From Squalus acanthias (lineage: Eukaryota), in the NCBI GenBank assembly GCA_030390025.1, contig CM059429.1, forward strand, positions 147,188,001 to 147,252,000: a stretch of DNA of 64,000 nt, in the 5' to 3' direction. The stretch's first letter is position 1. Every line of letters begins with the position of its first letter. The notes beneath the pieces are model-generated. The model was given only the letters and a program-made list of their open reading frames with translations. It was not told the origin of the DNA and made no database searches. Made by a program: the position numbers and the translations under genes. This document shows positions 12,831-24,870 of the stretch, in pieces.

Positions 12831-13249
12831 AAATATTGTCCTGGCCAATATTTATTCCTCAATCAACATCACTAAAAACAGATTATCTGGTCATTATCAC
12901 ATTGCTGTTCCTTGCTGTGTGCAAATTGGCTGACACGTTTGCTAAATGACAACAGTGACTACACTTCAAAAAAAAGTTCTTCATTGGCTGTAAAGCGCTT
13001 TGGGTGGTGGTGAAAGGCGCTATATAAATGCGAGTCTTTCTATCTTTTGCTCTAGTTGGGGCAGAATTCCTCTCCCAAAATTAGAGGCACTGAGACTAAT
13101 TGTAGCACATCCACAACACCTGATATCGTCCCAGGATGGTCGCCGTGGCTCTGGGGTACCTTTACCTGTGAATGATTGGTGCAGAGATACAGACTTCTTA
13201 AAATAAATAGTAACTGAGAGACTCAGCATCCATCCTGCAGAGAATGTCC

Positions 13250-14000
13250 ATCCGGCTCAGGGTTCACGGCCTCCTGATGTAATCTCCGGTTGTGCAGCAG
13301 CCATTTTGTCTATCCGAGGAAACCTTTCCCGCTCCCTCCGTCCGAAACCAACCAACTTAAAATAAAAATAAATAAAATAATATTTTAAAAGAAATTTCAT
13401 TAAAATCCTTACTTCGCTTTGTTTTTTTAAAAAAATATCCCAGCGAGGCCTCGGCTGCAGCCGCCCCGGCCACAGGGGCTGTGACATGTCGAGCGAGGAG
13501 AGTTACAAAGCGATCATCCGCTACCTGACCAACGAGAAGGAACCTTATGCGCCGGGGACCGAGGGCAACGTGAAGAGGAAGATCCGCAAGGCCGCGGCCT
13601 GCTACGTGGTGCGGCGCGGCACCCTCTACTACCAGAAGAAGCGCAAGGACCGCGACGAGTTCGACGAGCTGGAGGTGGTGCTGGAGGCCAACACCCGCCG
13701 CGAGCTCATCGCCTCCTTCCACGAGAGCGCCGAGGGCTTCCACTTCACCCGCGACCAGACCTGGAAGAACATCTCGCAGAGCTACTGGTGGAGAGGTGAG
13801 GGCGAGAGAGAGACAGGAGTGAGTGAGGGGGAGTGAGAGGATAGAGGGAGGGGGAGAGAGAGAGACAGGATGGCGGCGGAGGCCGGCACGAAGATGCTCC
13901 GTCCTGTGGGGCGGTGGGGAAGCTGCAGCCAGGGCACGAGGGGCGGAGAGGACACAACTGTCAACCGTGGCACCCACTTCATGTATGTGGAACCCCGGCC
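13250..14000 (+). promoter_or_regulatory. CpG-rich promoter / exon 1 island of ZBTB11 with YY1-like motifs
   Basis: Sharp local rise in GC and CpG around the start codon. GCCATTTT at 13300-13307 and AGGATGGCGGC at about 13867-13877 resemble YY1 sites. Confidence 0.65.
13486..13795 (+). CDS. ZBTB11: Zinc finger and BTB domain-containing protein 11, exon 1
   Basis: MSSEESYKAIIRYLTNEKEPYAPGTEGNVKRKIRKAAACYVVR...SYWWR matches the ZBTB11 N-terminus. Donor GTGAG at 13796; 310 nt. Confidence 0.97.
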
Positions 14001-14456
14001 ACTCAGCCCATTCACTGTTGGTTTACAGAACAGACTGACGGTATTGGACATGCAATTCAAAAAAAAAGTAGAATCGACCTTATTTTGCGCGGCGCCCTTC
14101 ATCAGAACTAGACATTTATATAAATCGAAAGTTGTCAGCTTGCATGGTACTAAAATGTACAACTAGAGCTGCCGACTTTTAATGATGTAAAACTGCCTGT
14201 CTTTGTACAAAACTGGAGCCTTTAGTTTACATGGAACTTTTTTTTATATCAGCCACCTCACTGCTTGTATGTTGCCAGTTTATATAAATTAGATGACAAG
14301 TTTCATTCCTGTTGATGTAACTTGTTTCAATGTATCTCATTTAAAAAAAAATCTCCCTTGTTAAATATGATTATGATCAGCTTTGCTCTTTTAGCTTACT
14401 CTATTTCTAATGTTGCCTTGATGTTGATGGCTCTGGAAACTGCTTGTCAGCCTGCT

Positions 14457-14745
14457 TGGAACATAAGAATTGCTAGACGAAAACAGACCACGGTCCATCT
14501 CGTTCGCTTTCTACCATCCTGGTAGTCGCATAATGCAGTGATAATGGAGTTATTGACTAATCACAGCAATCAATATCTATCAATTAGTTTATAACCGACA
14601 CAGACATGAGGTGACGAAAACCGCTTTGAAGGAAAGCTTTGGGAACCATAGGCCCAAAGTCACCCGTTTCTTCCAAGGTTGCTACACTTGCCTGTTGTCA
14701 TATCTCAAATTATTCCTACTGTGTCCTAAAATATTATTTTCTGAA
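14457..14745 (-). mobile_element. CR1-type 3' UTR fragment (second copy at 28683-28905)
   Basis: Clear similarity between 14457-14700 and 28683-28900 (ggaacata.gaattgct...ccatcctggtag.cgcat...ataatggagttattgac). Confidence 0.7.
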
Positions 14746-15132
14746 AGTGGGTAGAGGAGGAGAGAGGCAACAGAATAGTCTCCCAACTGGATATTAATGT
14801 CAAATTCAGATCATTGTTGGTCAACTTGAAGCTAATTTTGTCAATTTTTGAGGAGGCAATTGCATAGAATATCAGTGATGGGATGGTCCTTTTTTAAGTG
14901 GGTTGCAGTGATTCATCATGATCAGCTCAGTTTTGGCAGATCATGGAGTGACATTGACAGCATTAGTGTTGCATGTGTGTGATTGTTGCATGCATTGGCA
15001 TAAAATGAAGTTTGACGATACTGATTTGTTTTTCTTAACACTAGTAAATTGCACATGGTGTTGGCCAGGGTCACTTGATGAAAATAAGTTTTAATATACA
15101 AAAGGAGAGAGATTTCAGAAACTCACTCCACA

Positions 15133-15149
15133 GAGCCACCTAGTGGCCA
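15133..15149 (-). promoter_or_regulatory. Candidate CTCF site in ZBTB11 intron 1
   Basis: The minus strand reads TGGCCACTAGGTGGCTC, a close match to the CTCF core CCACYAGRKGGC. Confidence 0.5.
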
Positions 15150-16163
15150 GAGGCGGAAACTATATTGTGACAGTTGACATAGCCAATAGATTGAGAAGGT
15201 TGACATAGCAGTTTACAGTTTGGACCGAAAAGCATGACTCAAATCATAACAAGGCAATAAGACAGGAAGTACTTGCCCTACACAAGATTTACATGTGGTG
15301 GTTCCCAATCTCTAGCAGGCTGTCTGGAGGAGACTCTGAGCAAAAGCAAAAATTATTTTCCAGAGAGTAGAAAGCAATATCTGACACAAGTTCAACTTTT
15401 GTTGTTTATGCTCAATTCCTAATGCCTATATAACAACATTGGCAGAAGCACAGGAATGAGTTTTCTGACTCACGTTTTGATCATGGTGCGGCATGGCTAA
15501 TGAAAGGAGGAAATGATAGATGACTGATCAAATGGAATTAAGTTGATGTGTTTCATCCACATGGCATTATAGATTTTTAAAAACCTCACTTAAAGTATGG
15601 CATATACACCAGATTTTATGATGTGTTTATTTTTTTTGGCGTTTTGAGATTTCACTAAAATACTTCCAGAATAGCATGAGTGGAAGTCGAGATAGGGAAC
15701 AGAATATTTTGTATCGTTTGTGTTTAGATCATTAAAGTGGCACTGTTCCCACACTAGATATAATTTTGAGTATAAAATATTTGAAATCAGATTACTTCTT
15801 TCTCAGTTTTCCTCTAGATAAACAAATCTATGCAAAGCATATCTCATTGCAGCCATGATAGCGAGTTGAGGAAGCTCCAAGAAGTTAGAGCAGGCTAAAC
15901 AGTGCAATTTAGTACTTAATTTTTTGAAAAAACATGACCTTTTTAAACCTATTTCAAACTGATTTAAGTCTGCCTTTCAAAGACAAGATGTCTATGAATC
16001 ATAAATGTTCAATTTTATGACCCTCCCCCCAACTTAAACATTTAAAAAAAAAATCCATTCATTGCATTTTTTTTTTCATGGGATGGGGAGGAGAACTGAG
16101 CGCCTGTGTCTGTGCATCAGTGGACCTTCCTGTATTTTTGATGACATTTTGTTTAATTTTCAG

Positions 16164-16402
16164 GTATATTTAAGCAAGTGAAAGATTATATCAGAGAATG
16201 TATTCAATGCAAGGAAAAGGTCGACCGAAACAAGTCGGTATCTGCCGATACAATGGAAATCCTGGAGCAGCTGGGAATAGATGCTCCGATTCTGGGGGAT
16301 AGCAATGAAACTGATGATGAGTTGAGTAATTCCGAGGGAAGATCCAGTGCCCCTCCAAGGCCGACAAAAAAGAAAACCGTCCCAAAGCAGGAATTGGTGT
16401 TT
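16164..16402 (+). CDS. ZBTB11: ZBTB11 exon 2 (completes the integrase-like HHCC domain)
   Basis: AG/GTAAGT boundaries. Encodes GIFKQVKDYIRECIQCKEK...KQELVF; frame consistent. Confidence 0.95.
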
Positions 16403-17934
16403 GTAAGTAATATTTTGTTATATCACACAGATTGAACTGTGTACTTAAGGGGTTCCAGGGCGGTTCAACCAAAGTGTGGGTGTCCAACACAGATCTGTTA
16501 AAGTTTTATTTAGTTTAACTATCACAATGCAGATAGTCCACTTAAAGTTCAGGAAGACTAGAGGCAAAATAGCTCCCTACCTACAAAGCAATATAATGGA
16601 ATAAGTAACGATACACTGTTAATGTTAGGAAAAAGCGTGTTATGCCTGCTTTGATTAATTTGCAATGATAACCACAAAGAACCTAACCCAATTGGTTGAC
16701 TGATAATGGGAGCTGTAAAAATACCTTAGAGTAACAATTAACAATTTATGCAGATTTTTTCCCCCTCCACCAATTTCCCATCCTCTCCCCTTTACTCCTA
16801 TTTTCCTGAAAACAGTGTTGCCCAGGGATATGATTTCATAGACATCCAAGTGGTTGTTTTTCATTTGTAAACCTGACCAGTAATGTTAGGGTAGCATGCA
16901 GTGGGGGCAGGAAAATCACAACCAAGTCTGTCTCATCTTCACTTGTCAGGGTAAGGGGGGAAGGCTGAGAGTAGAGTTGCTCTAGATGTAATGTGTAGCA
17001 GAATCATAAGCACAATCTTTTTGAATATATTTACAATGTTGCTACACATAGCGAACAGAGCAGTTCTTCACCATGTTGTCCACATCTGTAGATTTCCAAT
17101 GGAGTCACTGTTCAACAGTCAGGAGTGGGAACATTTTTTCCTTCCTTCCCACTTCCTAGTCTGGATAAAATGCCCAAATGTAGCACACTATCGCTGTCCT
17201 GGATGAAATTAGTTATTTCTGCAAAGGTCAGGAATTTAATCTGGCACTTGCTTCATTCATATAACTTGGCACCCTGCTACATGATACTGTTAATTAGCTA
17301 GCTTTATTTATGCAAGTTCAATCAATGACAGGGGAAAAAAATATGCTCACAAGTTCATTTATTCAAAGCATTAATATCTCAAATAATATAAAGCATTTAC
17401 AACCAAGATAGTTTAACTGAGGAAGCAATGTCTTTCGAGTTACAATTCTTGAGCTCCTGTTACAAAAGCATTATCTTATATGTTAGCTGTTACAAAGTCT
17501 TATCACAATGGCATGCTCAATATAACTTGATCATGCTTTGTTCATGTGCAATTTTGCATCTGTAAACTACAGAATATATGATCAATGGGTAATTTACAAT
17601 ACTTCTATTGATTGATGTACAACAATAACTGGGTATTTTGTTTTTCCCATATTCTCAGCCCATACCTCTCTTCCCAATGTTGCCAGGCCATAACTTAATT
17701 AAGTCTTAATGAAGCTAGTGGCAAGCAGTATCATGTATGGTTTCTCTCAGGGTTCTGGAGCATGATAAGCACGCAGGTTTTATTGGTGATGCAAACTCTA
17801 GTATTTCAGCAGAGAAAGCAAATCCATGAAATTCTCTGCTTTGATACTTCTACTGTTCCTTGTTTTACTGAAGTCAGCAGACTACATTTTAAACCTTTTT
17901 CACCCATATCTTCTAGCAATACGTTCAGTTGTTA

Positions 17935-18300
17935 CATAGAATTTTACAGCACAGAAACAGGCCATTTGACCCAACATGTCTATGCCGGTATTTATGCTCC
18001 ACAAGAGCCTCCTCCCACCTTACTTCATCTAACCCTATCAGCACATCCTTCTATTCCTTTCTCCCTCATGTACTTATCTAGCTTCCCTATAACTACATCT
18101 ATGCAATTCGCCTCAACCACTCCACGTGGTAGCGAGTTCCACATTCTCACCACACTTGGATTAAAGAAGTTTCTCCTGAATTCATTATTGGATTTATTAG
18201 TAACTATCTTATATTTATGACCCCTAGTTTTGGACATCCCCACAAGTGGAAGCATCTTCTTTATGTCTACCCTATCGAACCCATTCATAATTTTAAAAAC
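17935..18300 (-). mobile_element. CR1-type LINE 3' end
   Basis: ORF 18025-18288 contains TRGHKYKIVTNKS..FRRNFF..VVRMWNSLP. Same subfamily as 4000-4360. Confidence 0.85.
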
Positions 18301-18447
18301 TCTAACAGAGCTAGATGGATGATGGTGGAAGTTGAAAATGGTATTTTGTGGTTCTTCAAGTAATTGATAAGTAGTCAGTTATTGATTGACTTTGTAAATT
18401 ATTGTAACACATGAGTTTGAAATATACAAATAAATTGATTTATTCAG

Positions 18448-18679
18448 GTGGATAGCAAAGGCCTTGTGAAACAGGAATCTGAAAAGCACTGTCAAGTAGT
18501 GTTAGAGCAATTGAACCTTCAGAGGCTATCCAACCAGTTCTGTGATGTCACACTCCTGATTGAGGGAGAGGAGTACAAAGCACATAAGTCCATTCTGGCA
18601 GCAAGCAGCGAATATTTTCGAGAGCTCTTCATTGAAAAGGGGGCAGTCTCCAGTCATGAAGCTGTTGTGGATCTTTCAG
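18448..18679 (+). CDS. ZBTB11: ZBTB11 exon 3 (BTB, N-terminal part)
   Basis: VDSKGLVKQ...LNLQRLSNQFCDVTLLIEGEEYKAHKSILAASSEYFRELF is the BTB signature. AG/GT boundaries. Confidence 0.97.
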
Positions 18680-20036
18680 GTATGGAATAATCAAGTAATT
18701 ATGTATGTGCCCATTATGGCTAGGAATTGTAGTGTTCATCCTCAGTAACAACATTAAGTGGTTTCACTTTTGCTAAGGAGTGAGGGTAAGCTTCACCCAA
18801 TAGCGTGAAGCAATGCACTAGGTTATAGAGGAGTTTTACTCTTGCTGAGTAGTATGTGTAAGCTTTGTCTGTATTACGGCAGAACTGACTTTCTCAATCA
18901 GTAGCAGGAGTACTAGACTACTATTCAAGCCTATTAGGCCACATTCAATATTAACTATAGCATGATGGATTTAACGAGGCCAATGGCACAATGTAATTGG
19001 GACATGTTTTTTCTTTTCTTTCACTCTGACACTGCTCCCTCTTTTTTGACCTCTCTTGCTTATCTTCTTCTCTTGAAGGCATTAACCCCAACACACCCCA
19101 GCTGCAGTACGATTTCACAGGTGTTGGTCATCCTCATGTACTGCACCCAAATAGCCCCCCTAATGCCTCAGCTATTCATTTATAGACTGAACCATCCTCC
19201 GCCCATTTTGGTCACCTCTGACTACCTGCCACCAAGTGGGAGATGATGGATTCCGTTGTATACAATATATTTAGCTCCTCCTTTCTTACCATCTTGAATT
19301 GAATAAGGTTGTTTGGATAACTTGTTTATGTGCAATTTTTTTCCCTCGGGTGGATTCCTGCTCATTAATTTGTTGTCATCAGGTTTCTACATTTGGCTTT
19401 TAGTATACTGCAGTGAGCCTACATCAGTTTGCCCTATAAGACCTGGCAGAATCTGATGACCACTTTGATTTTAAAAATGAATGGAGATGGTTTGAGGTTC
19501 ATAGTCCTCCCCTTGTTCATATTTGCATTCCATTAATAAATGGTAATGATTATAGAAAGCAGTGTGTGAAAGAAGAGTCATTAATTTAATTGAAGATTCA
19601 TGTAATCATTCAGTTTAATTGCATAATTGCTGTAGTTAGCAGAAGTATTTGAGATTTGAATTATATCTTGCATTTTAGTTCTGTTTTACAATCTGCTCTG
19701 GCCATCTTGATGCGTGCACAATATATGGCCAAGAGGCCAGGCAACTTAATCCCAGACCCAGGTGTATGTTGAAACAGCCACCAGGAAATGTGAAAGCGTT
19801 GTATTCTAATTTTTCCCCCTTTTTCATGATGAAGTTTTTGGTTCTTGGTCAGCAACTCCTACAATGACACAACTGAAATTGAGATTCTGCAAAGGGGGCA
19901 ATCAAACTAGCATTTCATGTTGGTGCTCCAACACAGTAAGCTACCATACAGTTGGAATTGGTATATTTATAATTATTGTCAATTTGAAAACAACATTTAT
20001 GTAAAATACCGCACTTTTTTAAAAATTCCCTTCTAG

Positions 20037-20944
20037 GGTTTAATAAGACAAGTTTTCTTCCATTGTTGGAATTTGCCTACACATCTGTCTTGGCGTTTGA
20101 TTTCTGTCACATGGCTGATGTTGCCACATTGGCACGGCATCTACTGATGCATGAAGTTCTGGAGATATGCGAGCATGTACACAAGCAGCTGGAGGAAAGG
20201 AAAATTACAGTGTACCAAAAAGGAGATGTAAAAACTGTCAATTCCAGAGTCAACACCCCAGAAGTGGAGATGCCTATGGATGTTAATACTTTAGAACATC
20301 AGGAACCTGAAACTATTGAAAACACTGGTGAGGACTCCATAACCGTGCTACTTCAGGAGACTATACAAATTCCTGTACCTGCTGAAGCCCCTCCATCCAG
20401 TATGGAAGATGAGACCCCGAAAGAAGCAGTAACGGATGAAGCAGAAGAGGCACTGACCGTTGAAGAACTGACCGTTCAGCAAAGCCAAGGTACTTTGGAC
20501 TGCCCTGTAGAAGGCAGTGATGATGAAAGCAGCCAGGCCAATGAACAAACTGAACCTGTGGAGTCCAGTGGAAGTGTGCCAGATGTGGAAAGCACAGAGA
20601 GTAATGCCAAGGATGTGGCAGAAACTCCCAGCGCTGATGTACAGATGGACACACCTGCTGTTAATGGGAATAGGAATGAAAATCAAGTAAAAGAGGAGCC
20701 TATAGACACTCTGAGTAGCACTGTGTCAGAGGTGCCAAAGCGAAAGCGTGGTAGGCCACCAAAATTACACGACAAACAGAAAGTTGTTGCTGTTGCCTCT
20801 TCTTCCAAGTGCCTCTTAGATGATACTTACAAAAGCAGATTACGCCAACGTACGCTGGCTGAAGGTGGATACATTCGGTTACACAAAGGTACCGAGAAGA
20901 AGCTGCGGGCCAGAAAACCCAACCTAAAATCTGCCACACAGCAG
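20037..20944 (+). CDS. ZBTB11: ZBTB11 exon 4 (BTB C-terminal part, acidic linker, AT-hook-like motif)
   Basis: GFNKTSFLPLLEFAYTS...YKSRLRQRTLAEGGYIRLHKG. 908 nt, AG/GT boundaries, frame consistent. Confidence 0.95.
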
Positions 20945-21344
20945 GTATGAAATTTAACTGCAGTGAGTTTTTGAAAATGGACTGTGGATAATGATATGCA
21001 GATATAATATCCTAATCCAGTGCCATATTGGCCTGATATTTCTAGTCTATTACAGAAATTGTTTTGTCTGTCTGGTTTTCACAGAATATTGAATTAAGCA
21101 ATATATAGACCTTTATTACAAAGCTATAGGAAGTTATGGGAAGGGTTGGGGTTTATTTGGATTATAAACGGCAGAAAATTGATTTAAGTCGGCTGCACCC
21201 TAAGATTATATTAGAACTTTGTAAATCTTGTAACCTAAACCAGTTCTACGTATAATATTTCATGAATGTCGGTTTCAGGATAATATCTTTTGTCACCTAG
21301 TTTGGCAGTTTCGGTTTATTTTTGCAAGCATCATAGCTTTTTAA

Positions 21345-21670
21345 AATGAATTCTTAGGATGTGGGCGTCGCAGGCAATGCCGGCATTTATTGCCCATCGT
21401 AATTGCCTCGAGAAAGTGGTGGTGGGCCTTTGTCTTGAGCCACTGCATTCTCTTGTAGCGGTTTAATACAACTGAGTGGCTTGCTCAGCCACTTCAAGGG
21501 GCAATTAAGAGTAAACCGCATTGGTGTGGGACTGGAGTCACATGTAGGTCAGACCGTGTAAGGATGGCCGATTTATTTCCCTGTTTTCAGACTACCATGG
21601 TAGGATTTGAACTCACATTCTCTGGATTATTAGTCCAGTCACACAACCACTACACGACCTACCCCACTGT
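21345..21670 (-). mobile_element. SINE-like element with a tRNA-like head and a LINE-derived tail
   Basis: Minus-strand head with gagttcaaatcc (B-box-like). The tail gggcaataaatgccggc..cccacatcc is shared with the LINE end at 7280-7320. Confidence 0.55.
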
Positions 21671-21729
21671 TAAAATAAAAACCAATGAGACATCACCTAA
21701 AAAAAAAAGTAAAAAGGATGGTTTTTCCA

Positions 21730-22070
21730 CCAATGGTTCAGTGAAATATTCAGTGAGTAGCTGGGCCACACACACACCAGGGAAGTCCCAAGTTTGAACA
21801 CCAGTTGGTGTTGAGTTTACTGATGGTGGGTGGGTGTTACAGTTGGCTTCACCTATCATGAGCTAGAGAAGAGAAATTGGTCCGGGTTCTTGCTGCTGAT
21901 CCAACACCTGATGCTGGAAGAGTACATGTATGAACACCAGGTGAGGACAGGATTGGGCTCTGGTGTGATGCGCACACTGTCAAAAACCTCGACAGTGGGT
22001 ATTGGTAAGCTGCGAGATAAATAATAGCCATTTGGGTGAGGTACTGGAAGTTGCCTGTGGAACTGGAACT
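21730..22070 (+). repeat. Old unclassified interspersed repeat (SINE-like)
   Basis: The segment tgctggaag..gtgaggacaggat...atagccatttgggtgaggtactgga recurs in reverse at 55490-55630 and 56030-56170, with weaker copies near 26500-26830 and 42300-42560. Confidence 0.55.
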
Positions 22071-22726
22071 GCAAAGACGTCAATGTCCTCCGAGGCAAGG
22101 GGAACAATTAGAGGGGGGGAATTTAAAAAAAAAAAGAATTCGCAACAACAAAAATAATAGTTTTTTAGTGAGGTAGTAATTGTAACCCCCCTCAACAAAA
22201 AAGAGGTCAGTGTCTAAAATGTGTATTCAGGGGATGATTGAAAGGGCGGAGGGAAACTTGTGATCTGGGCCTACTTATTTCTCAACACTTTTTACCTTTC
22301 GTTTGTTTGAAATCTGATCTGTATTTTAATGAGCTCCTCAGTCTTTCACGAGGTTGAGAGGTTTCAAAAATCGGCTCTGTTAAGAGATTACTAAAAGGGT
22401 CTGCACTGTGAGCTTCAAAAGACCCAGTGTGAGATTTTTGTTGTTGTTCAAAGGCAGTGAAACCACTGAGGCACTAAGCAGCTTTTGGATAGTTTCTGTG
22501 GAATTTTACATGCAGCTGGGGCACTTTTAAATAATATCTGTAATCTCAATCCTTTGAACAAGTGAAATAATTAACGTCAAAGAACTCGTGGAATGGAAAC
22601 TTTTGTTTAACAGCAAAAATAGAGCATCCTTTACATCTAACCTTCAGTATAGATTGATTTTTGGGATTTACTTAAAAACTGTCGTTGTCAATTGAGTTGG
22701 AATAAATATGTAAAATAGAGTGTACA

Positions 22727-23385
22727 GTCAGCTTAATTCAGTGGTAACACTCTTCCCACTGAGTCAGAGGCTTAGGTTGAAGCCTCACTCCAGGACTTGA
22801 GTACATAATCTAGCCTGACATTTCAATAGTGCCGAAGGGGTGCTGTCTTTCAGGCGGCATTAAACCAAGATCCCACTTGCCTGTTGATGTCTAAAAGATC
22901 CTATGGCACTATTTGAAGAAGAGCAGAGAGTTCTCCTGGTGTCTTAGCCAAGGTTGAAGAGAACTAGAATAAAAACAGATTAGCTCATCTTTTATTTCAT
23001 TCCTGTTTGTGGGACCTTGCTGTGCATAAATTGGTTGCCATTTTTTCAAACGAAACCGTGACTACAATCCAAAAGTAATCCATTTTCTGTGAAGTGTAGT
23101 CACTATTGTTATGTCGAATAGCTCTGGAACCACTTTGTGCACAGCAAGGTCACCAATGAGATGAATGACCAGTTAATCTCTTTTGGTGATGTTGGTTGAG
23201 GGATTAACGTTGACCAGAACACAGTTCGGGTTAGTGGAATAGTGTCCTGGGATCTTTCAGGTCCACCGGAACAGGCAGATGGCACCTCTGACAATGCAGC
23301 ACTGAAGAATCAGCTTAGACGATGTGCTCATCCTGGTGTAGACTTGACCTTGCAGCCTTTTGCCACTGACCCAAACTGACACTTG
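22727..23385. mobile_element. Two Deu-domain SINEs in tail-to-tail inverted orientation
   Basis: The + copy at 22727-23088 and the - copy at 23089-23385 both carry the gtgggaccttgctgtgca / gtgacta core. Confidence 0.65.
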
Positions 23386-23994
23386 GATTATAAGGTTGAG
23401 CCTTTTGAGGGTAGGAGAGAAATCTCACAATTTTATGTTCTTGGTAATTTTACCTGTGGTTATTCACTTTATACAATAAATTCGGGAGAGTCCAGATGCA
23501 GGTCATCCGAGTGGTGGAAGGATTGGGCTAGGTGACCCAAATAGATGCCTGTCATTATGCAAACTAGCTAGCACCTTTTTAAGCAAAAATCCTATGGCGG
23601 CATGTTTGATTCTTTGTGTCATTGATATGCCAGTCTTAGCAAAGCTGCTGCAGAAATACACCAAGCAAAGAGCAGGCATCTCTCCCCACGAGAGAAAGTA
23701 AACATCAGTTATCCCCTGGCTGCTGTCGTACGCATCTTTGGGGAGATTGAGAGCAGCATTCCAGAGGCTTGGGAGTAGCTCGCTTGCCTGTCATCACCTA
23801 GAGATAACATTTGGCCTTTGAAGAGCATCGGGACTAGCTAGAAAATAGAGGGGTTTATATCATCACAAAAATAAAATATAAATTAGTACTGTGCTCTGAA
23901 AGCCTATAAAATGAACTGTAGAGCTGCGCTACTCGAGAGCCCTGTACCTATTACCCCCAGAAATATGTAAAGAATGAAATTCTTTCTTCCACAG

Positions 23995-24171
23995 GTTGCC
24001 CAGAAATTGGTGAAGAGAGGTAGAAAGATGCAACCAAAACGAACCATCGTAGAGGGAGATGATGTAGAGATGGAGCACAAATGTAATGAATGTGGAAAAA
24101 ATTTCCCAAAACGTTGCACCTTGATGATGCACATGATGACCCACAACAGAATCAAAGAATTTAAATGCCCG
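23995..24171 (+). CDS. ZBTB11: ZBTB11 exon 5 (zinc finger 1)
   Basis: VAQKLVKRG...HKCNECGKNFPKRCTLMMHMMTH..FKCP; GTAAG donor. Confidence 0.95.
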
Positions 24172-24870
24172 GTAAGAATTATGAGGAATTCCAGTTAAAA
24201 TGCTCCAGTATTGTCTTGTGCTGTTGATAGAAACAGCTGTTTTAGGTTTGTGTGGTGTGTCTGTAAATTTGCACAGAATGCAAATTTTACAGATTCAGAG
24301 CAAAGTTACTAATTTTTAATAATTTTACTGTCCTTATTCCAATAAAGCTGGTAATTTGCTAATTTATATTGTTATTTTGACAGGGCTGCGATAAAGGTGT
24401 TTATTGCTCCTATTAGTGAATTTCCTGTGTCTTGATACCTCAGACACATCTGGAGTAGGGGTGGCAAGGAGGTGGAAGACATATAGCAACCTTTCCTAGC
24501 ATAAAATCAAAAACTAAGCTTCATTGATGGCTTAGCAGATAAATCTATTGCATGATGTGGTACTGATCCATACAGATCTAGGCCTAGTCTGTGCTTAATT
24601 ATCTTAACCCTGTTGTGCATATATATGAAAGTCAGTGATTAGGCTTGTCTCTGATGCCTTCCTATGATGTACCAACACACACTCTTGGTGCTCCGGAAGG
24701 CTGCTGGTCCCTGTGGAGCTGCACTCCACTACTGAAAGGAGGAAGGGGTGGGGGGGGGGGGAGAAAACAAAACTGGACAGTAGAATTCATGCAAATAGTG
24801 AAGCATGCACTTCTGTTCTAAGATTTTACTATGACAGTAATCTCACTTCATTATTTCCCTATTGCTTTAG

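Larger units (their letters stand above)
12295..13050 (+). mobile_element. tRNA-headed Deu-domain SINE (SacSINE1-like), split by a Penelope terminal fragment
   Basis: A/B-box-like head (ggctcagttggtagc...ggttcaggtgcc), core cctggccaatatttatt...gctgtgtgcaaattggct...gtgactacacttcaaa and tail aggcgctatataaatgc. Related copies at 22727, 23090, 42650, 47540 and 63330. Confidence 0.75.

Noticed and set aside
13357-13977. 206-aa minus-strand ORF overlapping ZBTB11 exon 1
   Set aside because: It is the antisense shadow of a GC3-rich exon in a CpG island, where stop codons are scarce. It has no recognisable domain.
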